64,000 nt of DNA from Sarea resinae. Taxonomy: Eukaryota. The stretch covers positions 1-64,000 of the forward strand of contig JAPEUD010000048.1 of assembly GCA_026026165.1 (NCBI GenBank). Direction: 5' to 3'. A program made the translations under genes and the position numbers. Below are positions 63,458 to 64,000 of the stretch, piece by piece (the stretch's first letter is position 1; each line of letters opens with the position of its first letter). The notes under the pieces are model-generated. The model was not told the origin of the DNA. It worked only from the letters and a program-made list of their open reading frames with translations, and ran no database searches.

Positions 63458-64000
63458 TCACACTTCTGGTCTCCGCGCGTACACAAAGGATCTGTGGTGA
63501 GAAGAAAGGAATTAGATAAAGGTGTGGCATGTGAGTGCGGTGCTGGTGATAGTTAAGAGGTGGGGTAGGAAGATTGTAGGAGATGAAGGGGAAGGGGGAG
63601 AGAAGAGGAAGGGAGAGAGAGGGTAGGCGGAGGGTGATAACGCAGGATAGATTGGTCGGGTCGGATAAGATAGCAGCGAGTCCTGTGTGCCTGCCATCTG
63701 CCTCTGATAGTGATAGTGATAGTGACGGTGCTGTTTTTCAGGGTGTATGTGCGTGTATATCATGCAAGTGTGTGGGTAGGCAAACAGACGCGAATACAAA
63801 GACGCAGAGCTTACACTTCCTGAAATGCATGGATCTTCGGGTCCTTGAGCCCCTTTCTAAACTCGGCGAGGTAGAGCTGCACTTCTGCAGGCGTCCACTA
63901 CGATGAACAAAGGTCAGCGGATTGGCTCTCGGTGACTGTCGAGCTATCGAAAAAGAGTGTTTCTTCGTTCGAATCACAGACACCCTAGCACAACATCGTA
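63458..64000 (-). CDS. 3' end of a SAM-dependent methyltransferase (LaeA-like/TAM family), continuing beyond the window
   Basis: Exon WTPAEVQLYLAEFRKGLKDPKIHAFQE (~63815-63897) splices over a ~320 nt intron to (V)SFVYARRPEV* (stop 63458-63460). This matches the W..EEV...LA..R..L....IHAY....VYGRKP C-terminal pattern of this family. Confidence 0.7.

Overview
This is the left end of a filamentous ascomycete chromosome. (1) A (CCCTAA)n telomere occupies 1-124. (2) About 9.4 kb of AT-rich sequence follows, heavily mutated by RIP-type C>T/G>A changes and with no ORF calls. Manual minus-strand translation recovers a telomere-linked RecQ helicase (TLH) pseudogene at ~1399-5925, with every motif checked in one frame. 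Its central region carries an R-K-RH-GH-x8-Y motif set spaced like a tyrosine recombinase. A second, truncated paralogous copy (7042-8760) is joined head-to-tail at a repeated motif, and direct repeats containing a palindrome flank the gene. (3) Three kinase-fold genes lie at 10.1-14.4 kb. (4) A core-gene block follows: alcohol oxidase, neutral ceramidase, SPF27/BCAS2, PKA regulatory subunit and a CBM48 Crp1/Mdg1-like protein, then a decayed Pho84-like transporter and a secreted lipase. (5) A secondary-metabolite cluster spans ~35.4-61.7 kb: highly reducing PKS (KS-AT-DH-cMT-ER-KR-ACP), FSH1/LovG-type hydrolase, FAD monooxygenase, MFS exporter, Zn2Cys6 regulator, secreted GH3 beta-glucosidase and a GT1 UDP-glycosyltransferase. 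(6) An AT-rich microsatellite block and the 3' end of a methyltransferase gene close the window. All calls come from manual motif reading; no database searches were run.
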